Assembly: GCF_001481685.1 (NCBI RefSeq)
Contig: NZ_CP006867.1
Span: forward strand, 480,001 to 512,000
Source: Ignicoccus islandicus DSM 13165
Lineage (GTDB): Archaea; Thermoproteota; Thermoprotei_A; Sulfolobales; Ignicoccaceae
Direction of reading: 5' to 3'
DNA: 32,000 nt
A program made the translations under genes and the position numbers. The first letter of the stretch is position 1. Every line of letters starts with the position of its first letter. The notes below the pieces were generated by a model. That model did not search any database and was not told the origin of the DNA. It saw only the letters and a list, made by a program, of their open reading frames with translations. Positions 8,310 to 16,228 of this stretch are shown here, one piece after another.

Positions 8310-8940
8310 CGCTCAAGCTTGGTTAAAGGCACTTAGCGAAAAAGGTTGGAAGTGCTCACCTAAAGACGAGAACGAGGCTTACGAGGTACAGAGAAACGTA
8401 ATAGAGGTGGCGAAGAGCGTATGGGGCGAAGTAATAGGTATGAAGATAGGGCTTACTAGCGAAGAGAGTAGAGCTAAGTTTGGAGGAGGCCCAATTTTCG
8501 GACCAATATTTGAGAAAGGTGTCTTAGGAAACGGCAGCTCCATTAACCTATCCAAGCTAAGCGACCCAATATTGGAGCCGGAAATATTTTACTGCAATGG
8601 GTCTTACTTCATATCCTTCGAAGTCCCTGACAACAGGTATGGGAAGAAGTGGGACGAATTGAATTACCTAGAAATAATAGCTGATATCGCTGGGTCGTAT
8701 CGAGTTGTGGTAGGTGATGAACTTCAGTCCTTCGAAGGGGAAGTCGTACTAGAGGGTCCGAATTTGCTTCTAAAAGGAAAGATAAATTCAGATAAGCTTA
8801 GAAGGAACGAAGAGCTTCTGAAATCTAAAGCTCCAGATGGGTGCCTACTATTAGGTACTATACTACCAATAGTAAAGGTAAGCGAGGGCCACTATTCTCT
8901 CGAGTGTTGTGGAAGTAAAGTAGAAATAGATTTCATATAA
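8287..8940 (+). CDS. MhpD / fumarylacetoacetate-hydrolase-superfamily-like protein
   Basis: VIGMKIGLTSEESRAKFGGGPIFGPIFEKGV and LEPEIFYCNG resemble the 2-keto-4-pentenoate hydratase KIGLTS...GP..G and EPE metal-binding motifs; C-terminal GP...GTILP region. Confidence 0.65.
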   Translation: MSSENTCNAQAWLKALSEKGWKCSPKDENEAYEVQRNVIEVAKSVWGEVIGMKIGLTSEESRAKFGGGPIFGPIFEKGVLGNGSSINLSKLSDPILEPEIFYCNGSYFISFEVPDNRYGKKWDELNYLEIIADIAGSYRVVVGDELQSFEGEVVLEGPNLLLKGKINSDKLRRNEELLKSKAPDGCLLLGTILPIVKVSEGHYSLECCGSKVEIDFI

Positions 8941-9063
8941 TTGCGGTCACCTCGTTGCGGGTTCTTCACGAATTCAGCTTTGCTACCTTCGTTCATTCCG
9001 CGACTTAAACGCTTCGAAGCGATATTAATAGCCTTTCTAGTTGAGCCCTTTAGGGAAGTTTCG

Positions 9064-9888
9064 TTGGCTAGAAGGTCGAAGAGCAGGGGTAAAAAAGAGA
9101 ACTTACTAATAATAGCGTCATCGTTATTCATCTTAATGTTCATCGGTGAAACCATTATCATGTTAGCACCTAGAGGAAGCGGTAGTAACGTCATATCGCG
9201 TGAGGAGCTGTTAAAGTACAGATACATTCCATCTCCATCTAACTTCACAGTGATGTTCTTCGGAGCATCAATAAAGGAATGTCCCTTATGTCCTGAAACG
9301 TTAAGCAACGTTACTCAAGCAATAAACTCCCTCAAGCGAAGCGAACTATTCTCTAATACCTCAATAGTTATGAAAGTATTCCAATGCAACGGATTCCCTA
9401 GCTGTCAAGATAAGGAAAGCCTAGTAAACTTCAAGCTCTACAGGGTCTCGCAAGTTCCACTCGTTATAATCTCATATAGAGGATTCCTCGTGCCAATAGA
9501 CGTGGTAGGCATGTCCCCGCAAGAGATAGCTACCCTATTAGCCGCATGGTACCAAATACTCAAAGTGGCTTGGAAACCTCCGGCCAGAGGTCTAGTAGTC
9601 GCGTATTTCTATGATGGTAACCACACTAGTCCCTATTGGGACATAATAAAGAAGGAATTGGTCTCTAGGAACGTAACAGTGGTTGAATTCGGGTGTAAAA
9701 GCTATCCTTCCAATTGTACAAATAATATTGAAGCATACGCAACGATGCTGGCCTTGGGAATTTCTCCGAATAACCTACCTCTAATGTTGGTCTTCAAGGA
9801 TTCGGCTATAGCATTGGAACTCCAACTTAAGGGTCCAGTCAATATAAATGAGATCGTTGAGAAGATTGAGACTCTAAAGGAAAGTTAA
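9064..9888 (+). CDS. Membrane-anchored protein with two tandem thioredoxin-like domains
   Basis: Lys/Arg-rich N-terminus plus TM (NLLIIASSLFILMFIGETIIML), then NFTVMFFGASIKECPLCPE...VSQVPLVII (CxxC and cis-Pro), then a second thioredoxin-like unit GLVVAYFYDGNHTSPY...NNLPLMLVF. Track ORF begins at 8941 right after the upstream stop; TTG at 9064 more plausible. Confidence 0.6.
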   Translation: MARRSKSRGKKENLLIIASSLFILMFIGETIIMLAPRGSGSNVISREELLKYRYIPSPSNFTVMFFGASIKECPLCPETLSNVTQAINSLKRSELFSNTSIVMKVFQCNGFPSCQDKESLVNFKLYRVSQVPLVIISYRGFLVPIDVVGMSPQEIATLLAAWYQILKVAWKPPARGLVVAYFYDGNHTSPYWDIIKKELVSRNVTVVEFGCKSYPSNCTNNIEAYATMLALGISPNNLPLMLVFKDSAIALELQLKGPVNINEIVEKIETLKES

Positions 9889-10865
9889 GTAACTTCGATC
9901 TTTTCGAGTGACTTGCCCCTAAGGGCGACCAGATCGCCTTTATCATTGAACAATATCTCATCATCAAGAATTAAGGGATAGTTGTCACACAGCGCGTACT
10001 TTGGGACTATCTCTTGCGCTTCTAGCTTAAATACGGCCACGCACCAAAGCTCGGTTTTATTCGATACTCTGTATCCAGATACTAATATCTCGTAACCTCT
10101 ACTATCTATCAGTGTCACGTCCCTTAGAGGTTGAGAAGGCGTCTTAGGGTAGCCGTTGCTATCTATTGCAAGCATCCTGTTAACTTCGTTGTTGCCGCTT
10201 CCGCTCCTGAGTAATTCATATACCACGTGATCCTTTGCTAGGAGAGCATTGCCTACTATTCGGAAGGCGTTCCTTATTCGCATCTTTAGTCCATTACAGT
10301 CTATATAGTAACATTCGCTTTCGAAGCACTTGTAAGCTGTACCGGAAGGAGTAACTCCTTCAACCCTAATTGGAGTTCTCGCTATTACCTTTACGTTTCC
10401 TCGTTCATCTATCTCTAAGAGTTGGGTTCCCTTCGGAGTTACAACGAAAATCCTTAGCTTGGTTATTCCTCCACATCTGTTCGAGCGAACTGGTAAGACG
10501 TTTCCTAAATCGTTAACTATCGTTTTACCAGTAACTAAGTCTATTACATTTCTCGAATTCATGTCGTAAAAGGGAAGTACCTCGCCTGTCCACTTGACGT
10601 CGAAAAGCGTTCTACCGTATATCTTGTTTCCATTTACTTCAGCCACATCGTATCCTATGGATCGCTTTACAACTACTTTAGCGCCCTCACTATCTAGCTT
10701 AGCAATTAGGTATGGATAACTGTCGATTATGGATCGTCGAACGGTAATTTCCTCTCCTGATTCACTAATTAGAATGCTTTTTCCATTGCGGTAGAATAAG
10801 GCGTATATTTTCCCGTGCTCTCGGACAAGCAGAGCAGATGATTCATCGGCCTTTAACGTGATCAC
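9885..10865 (-). CDS. Hypothetical protein, beta-rich
   Basis: Long open frame. GTG at 10865 preceded by GAGAAGGGGC; the longer ORF to 10922 would run into tRNA-Leu. 4-nt convergent overlap with the upstream gene. Confidence 0.7.
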   Translation of the reverse strand: MITLKADESSALLVREHGKIYALFYRNGKSILISESGEEITVRRSIIDSYPYLIAKLDSEGAKVVVKRSIGYDVAEVNGNKIYGRTLFDVKWTGEVLPFYDMNSRNVIDLVTGKTIVNDLGNVLPVRSNRCGGITKLRIFVVTPKGTQLLEIDERGNVKVIARTPIRVEGVTPSGTAYKCFESECYYIDCNGLKMRIRNAFRIVGNALLAKDHVVYELLRSGSGNNEVNRMLAIDSNGYPKTPSQPLRDVTLIDSRGYEILVSGYRVSNKTELWCVAVFKLEAQEIVPKYALCDNYPLILDDEILFNDKGDLVALRGKSLEKIEVT

Positions 10866-10894
10866 GCCCCTTCTCAGCCTCCCGCGCAGGTACT

Positions 10895-10982
10895 TGGTGC
10901 GGGGGGTGGGATTTGAACCCACGCAGGCCTACGCCATCGGGTCCTAAGCCCGACCCCTTTGGCCAGGCTCGGGCACCCCCGC
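10895..10982 (-). tRNA. tRNA-Leu (anticodon TAG), CCA encoded, no intron
   Basis: Minus strand GCGGGGGTGCCCGAGCCTGGCCAAAGGGGTCGGGCTTAGGACCCGATGGCGTAGGCCTGCGTGGGTTCAAATCCCACCCCCCGCACCA. Acceptor GCGGGGG/CCCCCGC, anticodon loop CTTAGGA, long variable arm, T-loop TTCAAAT. Confidence 0.96.
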
Positions 10983-11090
10983 ACCCATCAGCATTCCAAA
11001 AATTCCGTTTTTAAGTGTTTGCCGAGAACGAAGAGGTTACTCAAACTTAATTTAATTTCAAACGGTCTCAAGTCTACTGAGGTGGATTCG

Positions 11091-12101
11091 TTGAGTGTTA
11101 CCTTAGCAATAGGTTCTGGAGGAAAGGATACGGAAGACTTCGTAAAGAGATTCATTCTACCGCTCTTTAAGCTAAGAAGCTTGGGGGGAGTAGGCCTAGA
11201 GGACATGGAAGACGGTGCTACCATTCCAATTGGCGATGGAAAACATTTAGTAATCAGTATCGATAGCTACACTGTTAATCCGCCTTTCTTCCCTGGGGGT
11301 AACATAGGCAAGCTGGCTGCCTCCGGGTCCTTAAACGACGTCGCTGTCATGGGAGCGGAGCCGAAGGCTCTCATGGACGCAATTATAGTTGAAGAGGGTT
11401 TCCCTTTGAGGGATTTAAAGACCATATTAAATTCGATGGCTGAAGTAGCGAATTCCATGGACGTCGCGTTATTAGGCGGTGACACGAAGGTTATGCCTAA
11501 GGGAAGCATTGACAAGATAGTCATTGCTACCGTTGGAATAGGTATCGCTGAAGAACCCTTGCTAACTCTCGACCGGGCCCGTCCAGGGGACAAGATCATA
11601 GTAACCGGACCCGTTGGAGATCACGGAGCCACTATCCTGGCGCTCCAGTTCAACCTTAAAGTTGAGACGCTCAAAAGCGACGTCAGACCGATTTGGAGTG
11701 CAGTAAGGGCATTAAGGAAGTTCGGAGACAACTTGAGAAGCGCTAAGGACCCCACGAGAGGAGGTCTAGCGATGGCTTTAAACGAAATAGCCGAGAGATC
11801 GGGCAATAGCATAGTGGTCTACGAAGACGCAATACCAATGAAGAACGAAGTGAGGACCTATGCTGAAATGCTTGGGGTTGAACCTCTCGCTCTGGCTTCG
11901 GAAGGACAAGCAATTTTCGTAGTAGATCCATCTATAGAAGAAGAGGCGTTAGAGGCCTTAAGGAAGGAAGGCTACGAGGAAGCCAGGACTATAGGCGAGG
12001 TAAAGGGAGGCAAGAGCGGCTACGTTGTTCTAAAGACCCGGGTAGGAGGTCTAAGGATATTAGAAAAGCCCATAGGCGAACTAGTTCCTAGGATATGTTA
12101 A
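11091..12101 (+). CDS. hypE: Hydrogenase expression/formation protein HypE
   Basis: AIGSGGKDTEDFVKRF, EDGATIPIGDGKHLVISIDSYTVNPPFFPGGNIGKLAASGSLNDVAVMGA, ALLGGDTKVMPKG, RSAKDPTRGGLAMALNEIA and terminal PRIC (C-terminal Cys). GAGGTG is 6 nt before TTG at 11091. Confidence 0.95.
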   Translation: MSVTLAIGSGGKDTEDFVKRFILPLFKLRSLGGVGLEDMEDGATIPIGDGKHLVISIDSYTVNPPFFPGGNIGKLAASGSLNDVAVMGAEPKALMDAIIVEEGFPLRDLKTILNSMAEVANSMDVALLGGDTKVMPKGSIDKIVIATVGIGIAEEPLLTLDRARPGDKIIVTGPVGDHGATILALQFNLKVETLKSDVRPIWSAVRALRKFGDNLRSAKDPTRGGLAMALNEIAERSGNSIVVYEDAIPMKNEVRTYAEMLGVEPLALASEGQAIFVVDPSIEEEALEALRKEGYEEARTIGEVKGGKSGYVVLKTRVGGLRILEKPIGELVPRIC

Positions 12102-13168
12102 TTTCCCTCTTACTGATGATATATGAGACATGGTTAGTCGGATTGTACGCGGAACAATCTTACAGGAGAAAGGTTGAGTTACTGAAAAGGAATGGATGTG
12201 TAATAATAGCTAGTCCATCTAATGTGAGGTGGTTAGTGGGCACGGAAGGAGGCATCGTTCTAATAGATGAAACGAAGGAAGTCATGGTCGCCCCGAAATT
12301 AGAACTAGATAGGATAAGGAAATCCGTCGAGTGGATAGAGGTAATAGAAGGCCCAAGAGGTTCTCTCTGGAAGAAAGTAAGAGATCTATGCAGTGGTCCA
12401 TACTATGCGGACTTAGCCTATTTGAACTACTCTCAAGCCAATTCACTAGTAAGTGAATTTAAGGCGAAGGACGTCTCGAAAGAGATAGCGAGGCTAAGAA
12501 GGTCTAAGGACGAATACGAGCTTAAGACAATTAAGTCAGCCTTGAAAATAGCCGAAGATGCCTTCAAAATAACTTGGGAAGAGTTGAGAGAAGGCATTAC
12601 GGAGCTTCAAGCCGCCGGCATACTTGAGATGCGCATGAGGGAATTAGGTGCTCAAGAATACGCGTTCAATACCATCTCAGCCTTCGGCGAGAACTCGGCG
12701 GAGCCTCATCACATACCAAGCGCTAGGAAGTGGGGCTTAAACGAGATCGCGCTCTTCGATTTCGGTGCCGTAGTGAATGGATTCCGAAGCGATATCACGA
12801 GAACGTTCGCACCAGATAGAAGATCTGAATGGATGATAGCTGTACTTGAGGCAGTCAACGAATCGATGAAGGCTGTGAGGGAAGGCGTTCGAGCCTCTGA
12901 TATAGACGCAATAGCTAGAAACGTCTTGAAAGAGTACGGTTACGAGAAAGCGTTTATCCATGGTCTCGGACACGGTGTTGGGGCTGATATTCACGAACCA
13001 CCTTATCTCTCGCCCTCATCTAACGACGTGCTAGTTGAAGGAGATGTAGTTACAATAGAGCCCGGCATTTACTTCCAAGGGGAAGGTGGAATTAGAGTAG
13101 AGCAAATGGTAGTAGTAAAGAGGAACGGCTGGGAAGTTTTAAACGAGCTTCCCGCATTATGGTATTGA
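12095..13168 (+). CDS. M24B family metallopeptidase (Xaa-Pro dipeptidase/aminopeptidase)
   Basis: FDFGAVVNGFRSDITRTFAP, HGLGHGVGADIHEPPYLSPSS, VEGDVVTIEPGIYFQGEGGIRVEQMVVV contain the five metal ligands. Confidence 0.94.
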   Translation: MLISLLLMIYETWLVGLYAEQSYRRKVELLKRNGCVIIASPSNVRWLVGTEGGIVLIDETKEVMVAPKLELDRIRKSVEWIEVIEGPRGSLWKKVRDLCSGPYYADLAYLNYSQANSLVSEFKAKDVSKEIARLRRSKDEYELKTIKSALKIAEDAFKITWEELREGITELQAAGILEMRMRELGAQEYAFNTISAFGENSAEPHHIPSARKWGLNEIALFDFGAVVNGFRSDITRTFAPDRRSEWMIAVLEAVNESMKAVREGVRASDIDAIARNVLKEYGYEKAFIHGLGHGVGADIHEPPYLSPSSNDVLVEGDVVTIEPGIYFQGEGGIRVEQMVVVKRNGWEVLNELPALWY

Positions 13169-13174
13169 AAAACA

Positions 13175-13594
13175 TCACTTAACTATTAGCACGGGTCTAT
13201 CGCTTAACCGAATAACCTTCTCAGAAGTGCTTCCAATTAACAACTTCTTTATACCACTATAACCGTGCGCACCTAGAATTATTACGTAGACGTCAAATTT
13301 CTTGGCATTTTCAACTATCTTCTCCGCAGGAGTACCGGCATCGATTACGCCTTCAGCTTCTATCCCACTTTCTTTCAACACGTTCACTGCCTCATTGATA
13401 ACTTCCTTGGCTTTCTCCTCCAGCTCCTCAGCTATTTTACCGTGATATTCGCCGAAAAGTTCTGTTGCAACGTCGACGTTTATTACGTAAAGGACGTAGA
13501 CTTTCGCGTTCAACTTCTTCGCGAAGTCTTTAGTGAAGTTCAGGGCGTCCTTTGAAGGCTTTGAACCATCGTAAGCCAGTAGAACCTTCTCCAA
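13175..13594 (-). CDS. Universal stress protein (UspA family)
   Basis: VLLAYDGSKPSKDALNFTKDFAKK, VIILGAHGYSGIKKLLIGSTSEKVIRLSDRPVLIVK (GxHGxxG...GS). GGAGGT upstream of the TTG start. Confidence 0.96.
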   Translation of the reverse strand: MEKVLLAYDGSKPSKDALNFTKDFAKKLNAKVYVLYVINVDVATELFGEYHGKIAEELEEKAKEVINEAVNVLKESGIEAEGVIDAGTPAEKIVENAKKFDVYVIILGAHGYSGIKKLLIGSTSEKVIRLSDRPVLIVK

Positions 13595-13667
13595 GATTCC
13601 AAACCTCCATAACGTTTATTGGAAATCTTACAAATATTTCTTTCGGTATACATATACAAATATATAT

Positions 13668-13681
13668 TTACCGTACGGTAA
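13668..13681. promoter_or_regulatory. Perfect 14-bp palindrome TTACCGTACGGTAA in the divergent uspA/symporter intergenic region
   Basis: Sequence read directly; self-complementary, located between divergently transcribed genes. Confidence 0.5.
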
Positions 13682-13692
13682 CAATATTAACC

Positions 13693-13708
13693 TTTATATA
13701 CATGTATA
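13693..13708 (+). promoter_or_regulatory. Probable TATA element (TTTATATA) overlapping the 12-bp palindrome TATACATGTATA
   Basis: AT-rich TATA-like box ~36-43 nt upstream of the preferred GTG start at 13737. Confidence 0.4.
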
Positions 13709-13736
13709 CGAAGAGATGGGTGCGGAGGTGGAGGTA

Positions 13737-13943
13737 GTGAGGAACATAGAGTTAACGGTGATTGTACCATACTTGATAATATACTTCGGAATGGCCGTAC
13801 TCTTCGGCGGTCTAAAGGATGTTGCCGGAACACCGATTGCTGGCGGACTGACCGTTGGATTGCTCTACGCTTTGCTAATGTTCCCCATAACCTGGGGAAC
13901 TGTTCTCCTATACACTTACCTAAGAGGTAAGGAGAGGAGGTGA
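13737..13943 (+). CDS. Small membrane protein, DUF485-like partner of ActP-type symporter
   Basis: Two TM helices; GTPIAGGLTVGLLYALLMFPITWGTVLLYTYL resembles DUF485. Overlaps the symporter gene start. GTG at 13737 with GGAGGT upstream preferred over ATG 13716. Confidence 0.7.
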   Translation: MRNIELTVIVPYLIIYFGMAVLFGGLKDVAGTPIAGGLTVGLLYALLMFPITWGTVLLYTYLRGKERR

Positions 13944-13948
13944 TAGGT

Positions 13949-15583
13949 ATGTTCTCGATAGTAGCTCTCATAATGGTTATAGTAGTTGCTGCCGTAACTA
14001 TGGGTATAGCTTGGTGGAGCTATAAAAGAGTGAGGAGCATTCAAGACTTCTACGCTGCTGGTAGATCCGTGCCGTGGATACTAATTGCGTGGGCATTGAC
14101 TTCCAACTACCTCAGCGCCGCTTCCTTCTTGGGAGTGGCTGGAGGTATCAGTAACTTCGGGTTGGATAGAGTATGGGACCCTATAGGGTACTTCGCCGGA
14201 TGGGTGCTCGTATTAGTAATCGCGGCTGAGTACATAAGGAAGATCGGTAAATTCACTGTGGCTGACGTACTGAACGAAAGATACGTAGGCTCTAAGGAGC
14301 TAAGAGCTTTAGCAATGATATCAACTGTAATTATTTCGACGTTCTACATGATACCACAAATGATTGGTGCAGGCTCTCTGATGAGCCTACTCCTCGACTG
14401 GCCCTATCACGTAGCTGTTGTAGTAGTTGGAGCAATAGTAGTACTAGTAGTCATGATGGGCGGTATAAGATCCACTGTATACAGCCAAGTGTTCCAAGCG
14501 CTCGTATTATGGTTCGCAATGCTAGCTATATTCCTAGGTTACCTAGCGTTCTTCGGCGGTCCTAGCGCGATAATCGATAAAGCCTATCAGGTACCACCAC
14601 CGGCAATAGCTAAGAAACTGGTTTCCCAAGAGCTACTTAAGAGCTACGTGCCCTCCCTAGATAACATAAAGTTCACTGAAGCACTAGAGAAGAGTCTGCA
14701 ACTGGCTGGTCAGATAATTGAGAAGAACCCGGATGTAATAAGACTCGTCCAACCTGGTGCGTTCGCTAGAGACATATGGAACCAGTTGAGCTTGGCCTTA
14801 GGTATAATACTAGGAACCATGGGCCTGCCACACATTCTAATCTACTTCTATACGGTACCGAGACCCGAAGATGCAAGGAAGGGAACGGTTGGAGCGATAT
14901 TCAACATAGGTCTGTTCTACCTATTCTCTATATTCGTTGGATTCGCCGCCGGTACAGTGCTCTTCTCATTGATAACCTACTGGCTCGTGACCGGCTACGC
15001 TCCGTGGGCAAAGAACATGCCAGTGGTCGTAAGTGGAAAGATATTGGGTGGTGAATTCCTCATGGGTCTAGCCGCTGCTGGAGCATTCGCTGCGATCCTC
15101 TCAACCGTAGGAGGTCTAATGGTGGCCGCAACAAACAGCGTCGCATATGATCTCTATACAAACATAATAAAGAGAGGAGAGGCTAGTGAAGAGGAACAAC
15201 TCCTCGTGGCCAGGATAGTAGCAATAATAGTTGGTGCAATAGCGATAATAGGTGGACTAGTCCTAAAGGGATTCGACGTATCCTACTTAGTAGTCCTAGC
15301 GTTCGGTATCGCCGCCAGCTCCTTCGCAACTACTCTAATAATGACCTTATGGTGGAAAGACTTCACTAGGCAAGGAGCTCTAGCGTCAATGTTGGTAGGT
15401 CTAATAGTAGCAGTTCTATTCGTATTACTGAGACTAGGGGGTGCCAAGGCCTTAGGTCCAATACCCGTACTAGTGCAACCGGCGCTCTACAGCGTTCCAG
15501 CTTCCTTCATAGCAGGAATAGTAGTAAGCAAGCTAACATCAGAGAAGGGTAAGGAAGGTTTCTTAGAAGAGATACATTCATAA
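13949..15583 (+). CDS. Sodium:solute symporter family protein, ActP (acetate/monocarboxylate)-like
   Basis: WWSYKRVRSIQDFYAAGRSVPWILIAWALTSNYLSAASFLGVAGG, GKFTVADVLNERY, PHILIYFYTVPRPEDARKG, AAFAAILSTVGGLMVAATNSVAYDLY. GGAGGTG 6 nt before ATG 13949 (alternative GTG 13940). Confidence 0.92.
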   Translation: MFSIVALIMVIVVAAVTMGIAWWSYKRVRSIQDFYAAGRSVPWILIAWALTSNYLSAASFLGVAGGISNFGLDRVWDPIGYFAGWVLVLVIAAEYIRKIGKFTVADVLNERYVGSKELRALAMISTVIISTFYMIPQMIGAGSLMSLLLDWPYHVAVVVVGAIVVLVVMMGGIRSTVYSQVFQALVLWFAMLAIFLGYLAFFGGPSAIIDKAYQVPPPAIAKKLVSQELLKSYVPSLDNIKFTEALEKSLQLAGQIIEKNPDVIRLVQPGAFARDIWNQLSLALGIILGTMGLPHILIYFYTVPRPEDARKGTVGAIFNIGLFYLFSIFVGFAAGTVLFSLITYWLVTGYAPWAKNMPVVVSGKILGGEFLMGLAAAGAFAAILSTVGGLMVAATNSVAYDLYTNIIKRGEASEEEQLLVARIVAIIVGAIAIIGGLVLKGFDVSYLVVLAFGIAASSFATTLIMTLWWKDFTRQGALASMLVGLIVAVLFVLLRLGGAKALGPIPVLVQPALYSVPASFIAGIVVSKLTSEKGKEGFLEEIHS

Positions 15584-15625
15584 CACTCATAAATTTTTTA
15601 TTGACCGGTTAGTTAGGGCCTGATT

Positions 15626-16228
15626 ATGTTCGATTCCTTCTTGAAAATGCTAGGAGTTAGATCCCTAGACGAAATCGTAAGAGAGTTAGAGAAAGAAGTA
15701 ACAATAATAGAATATCCTAGGGGAACTGCGACCCCTCTCTTAATTAGCAATAAGATAAAAGTAATAGAAGGGGAACCAGAGTATGGATGGCGCAAACCTT
15801 ATCTAAAAATAAGAGGAGAAAGGGCCTTGGATTTCTTTGGTATGCCCCAGGGAGTATTAATAAACGGACTAGCTGAAGCATTGCTCTACGTATCCGGGTC
15901 GTTAATGGGAATAAGAGATAAAGTTCCTCAATCTATATTAAGAGTTTACGTTTACCCCGGACTTCCTTGCTATTTCGTTCTAAAGGAAATAGGTAAGTTA
16001 ACATATATTGACGGATTAACTATAGAGGTAATTAGCGTAGATAACGAAGAACGTTACGAATTACTTAAGAGACTAGGCGTTAACAAGGTTCCAACTTTCG
16101 AGTTCGATGGCGAATACTTATACACGGGTAGATTAAGTGCAGAGGAACTATACTTCTTGATAATGAAAAAGATAAGGGCAAGGGAATTAAACTCCGATAA
16201 GGATGGCTCTCGAGATGGGTCGAGTTGA
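15626..16228 (+). CDS. Hypothetical protein with C-terminal degenerate thioredoxin/glutaredoxin-like domain
   Basis: VYVYPGLPCYFVLKEIGKLTYIDGLTIEVISVDNEERYELLKRLGVNKVPTFEFDGEYLYTGRLSAEEL: thioredoxin-like with conserved VPT cis-Pro but no CxxC. Confidence 0.65.
   Translation: MFDSFLKMLGVRSLDEIVRELEKEVTIIEYPRGTATPLLISNKIKVIEGEPEYGWRKPYLKIRGERALDFFGMPQGVLINGLAEALLYVSGSLMGIRDKVPQSILRVYVYPGLPCYFVLKEIGKLTYIDGLTIEVISVDNEERYELLKRLGVNKVPTFEFDGEYLYTGRLSAEELYFLIMKKIRARELNSDKDGSRDGSS

Noticed and set aside
8892-9308. Track ORF - 138 aa
   Set aside because: Antisense to the thioredoxin-like gene; composition not protein-like, and the sense frame has clear domains.
10866-11090. N-terminal extensions of the ORFs at 10922 (-) and 10959 (+)
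   Set aside because: Both run into tRNA-Leu; internal starts with Shine-Dalgarno sequences (10865 and 11091) fit better.
13621-13700. AT-rich segment considered as a replication origin
   Set aside because: No Orc1/Cdc6 gene or repeated origin-recognition boxes nearby; ordinary promoter-type AT richness explains it.
14776-15054. Plus-strand ORF inside the symporter gene
   Set aside because: Out-of-frame overlap inside a strongly supported SSS transporter.
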